Of a stretch of DNA of 64,000 nt, positions 61,993 through 64,000 are shown one piece after another. The notes beneath the pieces are model-generated. The model had not been told where the DNA came from. It ran no database searches and saw nothing but the letters and a program-made list of their open reading frames with translations. The position numbers and the translations under genes were made by a program. The stretch is from positions 18,042,001 to 18,106,000 of the forward strand of contig CM106585.1 in the NCBI GenBank assembly GCA_048013815.1. The letters are read 5' to 3'. This stretch comes from Setoptus koraiensis. Taxonomy: Eukaryota; Animalia; Arthropoda. Numbering within the stretch: position 1 is the stretch's first letter; the number at the start of each line of letters is the position of its first letter.

Positions 61993-64000
61993 ATGAGCGA
62001 CCAATACCTGTCCCTGGCCCAGTTGAGGGAACTTATGGACCATAAGGGCCAGGAAGCAGTCAGATATATCAAAGAAAAATTTGGAACCCCTCAAAATTTA
62101 TGCCTTCAATTAAATACCTCATCCAACGAAGGTCTATCAGGCAACGAAGATGACATTAATCAACGAAAACAGTTATATGGTGAAAACTCAATTCCACCCT
62201 CTAAACCAAAAACATTTCTGCAATTAGTGTGGGAGGCATTACATGATGCTACATTGATTATATTAGAGATAGCTGCAATTATTAGTTTAGCTTTAGCATT
62301 TTACTCAGCGCCAGCTGTAGACGAAGAAGATGGACCACATGGAGATGCGTCAGAACAAGAGGCCAGCTGGATAGAGGGTGCCGCCATTTTAGTTTCGGTA
62401 TTGATTGTAGTTATCGTGACAGCCTTTAATGATTATACAAAAGAGAAACAATTTCGTGGATTACAAAATCGTATTGAAACAGAACATAAATTTGCTGTTA
62501 TTAGAGGCGGTGAAGTTATACAAATTCCAGTCAGTGACCTAGTGGTCGGCGACATATGTCAAGTAAAATATGGTGATTTATTACCAGCTGATGGTGTTAT
62601 TATTCAAAGTAATGACCTAAAAGTAGACGAGAGTTCGCTTACTGGCGAATCAGACCATCTTAGAAAAGGCGAAGATAGTGATCCAATATTGTTTAGTGGT
62701 ACACATGTCATGGAGGGAAGCGGTCGAATGGTTGTGACAGCCGTTGGTATTAACTCTCAAGCTGGTATTATATTTGCCCTATTGGGAGCTGCTCAAACAA
62801 AAGATGATGAAGATAAGAAGGCGGCTAGAAAACAAGCGAAAAAGTCGCGAAAAGCCAGGACTAAGTCGCAACCGGACATCGAAATGCAAACTAGCATGAA
62901 GACTAGCCAATCTGGCCAGGCAGGTGTTGCCGGTCAAACAGTGTCAGCAATAACAGAAAATTCTCCTATGATGGCAAATGCTATCTCTACTACTACTACT
63001 ACTACTGCCAAACCGCACGATGCAACTAGTCAACAACTACAAGATGCAACTACTCAGCCTGGTGATCAACAAAGAAAATCTACCCAAGATGAGGAGCCTA
63101 ATCGTCATAAAGACAAATCGGTTCTACAAGCAAAACTAACTAAACTAGCCATTCACATCGGTTATGCCGGATCAGGTATAGCTGTTATGACCGTCTTGAT
63201 ATTAATTATTCGTTTTATTATTACAAAATTTGTTGTTGAACGACAACAATGGCACATGCATCATATACAATATTTTGTTAAATTTATCATTATTGGTGTT
63301 ACTGTATTAGTTGTGGCAGTACCAGAGGGTCTACCATTGGCTGTAACGTTGGCATTGGCTTATTCTGTAAAGAAAATGATGAAAGACAACAATTTAGTTC
63401 GTCATTTAGATGCTTGCGAGACAATGGGTAATGCCACTGCAATATGTTCAGATAAAACTGGAACATTAACTACTAATCGTATGTCTGTAGTGCAATCGTA
63501 TGTTTGCGGAAAGCGTTTTCATCAACCAAAACCCGACAATCAATATCTGACGCCTAAAGTAGTAGATTTACTTGTAGATGCAATATCGTTAAATAGTGCA
63601 TACACAACACGAATTATGATGCCAGATACTCCAGGTGATTTGCCCAAGCAAGTGGGTAACAAAACTGAATGCTCATTATTAGGTTATGTATTAGATTTAG
63701 GACGTGATTATCAATCAGTAAGAAACTCATATCCCGAACAAAGGCTTTACAAGGTTTACACTTTTAATAGTGTTCGAAAATCAATGTCAACTGTTATCCA
63801 GTTACCTGACAATGCCGGTTTTCGGGTATTCACCAAGGGCGCCTCAGAGATAGTAATGAAAAAGTGCGTATTTATTTATGGCGAAAATGGAGAATTGAAA
63901 CGATTTTCTCAGCAAGAACAAGAACGTGTACAGCAACAAGTAATAGAACCAATGGCGTGCGATGGATTGCGTACAATTTGTATAGCATACAAAGATTATG
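61993..64000 (+). CDS. PMCA: PMCA copy 2, 5' part (669 codons visible, runs off the window)
   Basis: Identical by line-by-line reading to 46331-48338 (offset 15662 bp, no mismatch or indel seen). Context caaaATG. Absent from the ORF track, presumably because it has no stop in the window. Confidence 0.93.
   Translation, partial: MSDQYLSLAQLRELMDHKGQEAVRYIKEKFGTPQNLCLQLNTSSNEGLSGNEDDINQRKQLYGENSIPPSKPKTFLQLVWEALHDATLIILEIAAIISLALAFYSAPAVDEEDGPHGDASEQEASWIEGAAILVSVLIVVIVTAFNDYTKEKQFRGLQNRIETEHKFAVIRGGEVIQIPVSDLVVGDICQVKYGDLLPADGVIIQSNDLKVDESSLTGESDHLRKGEDSDPILFSGTHVMEGSGRMVVTAVGINSQAGIIFALLGAAQTKDDEDKKAARKQAKKSRKARTKSQPDIEMQTSMKTSQSGQAGVAGQTVSAITENSPMMANAISTTTTTTAKPHDATSQQLQDATTQPGDQQRKSTQDEEPNRHKDKSVLQAKLTKLAIHIGYAGSGIAVMTVLILIIRFIITKFVVERQQWHMHHIQYFVKFIIIGVTVLVVAVPEGLPLAVTLALAYSVKKMMKDNNLVRHLDACETMGNATAICSDKTGTLTTNRMSVVQSYVCGKRFHQPKPDNQYLTPKVVDLLVDAISLNSAYTTRIMMPDTPGDLPKQVGNKTECSLLGYVLDLGRDYQSVRNSYPEQRLYKVYTFNSVRKSMSTVIQLPDNAGFRVFTKGASEIVMKKCVFIYGENGELKRFSQQEQERVQQQVIEPMACDGLRTICIAYKDY

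Overview
Eukaryotic (arthropod) genomic DNA. The intron-poor genes and chelicerate/insect-type PMCA C-terminal exons suggest a mite, but that assignment is inference. Left end (1-3.8 kb, AT-rich): an intronless 496-aa orphan predicted type I membrane protein (826-2316, -), a fragment of an apparent paralog running off the window edge (1-401, -) and a decayed Tc1/mariner element. Middle (about 3.9-44 kb): GC-rich sequence with no recognisable coding exon. It carries a piggyBac relic, a 500-N scaffold gap, many short tandem duplications, perfect palindromes and a marked excess of TTACGTAA (PAR-bZIP/D-box) and GGGGCCCC motifs; the many ORFs listed there look like repeat or GC artefacts. Right (45-64 kb): a plasma-membrane Ca2+-ATPase (PMCA) gene with one 2.7-kb first coding exon, two short 3' introns and a split calmodulin-binding domain. 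The domain is completed by either of two alternative exons (LRVVRAFRS at 52564; IRVVNAFRS at 57328, not in the ORF track), and there is a candidate small final exon ending in a PDZ ligand, ETKI (60999-61048). A second PMCA copy starts at 61993 and is identical by eye to the first for all 2008 visible bases, with identity starting exactly at the ATG. No rRNA, tRNA or CRISPR array was recognised.
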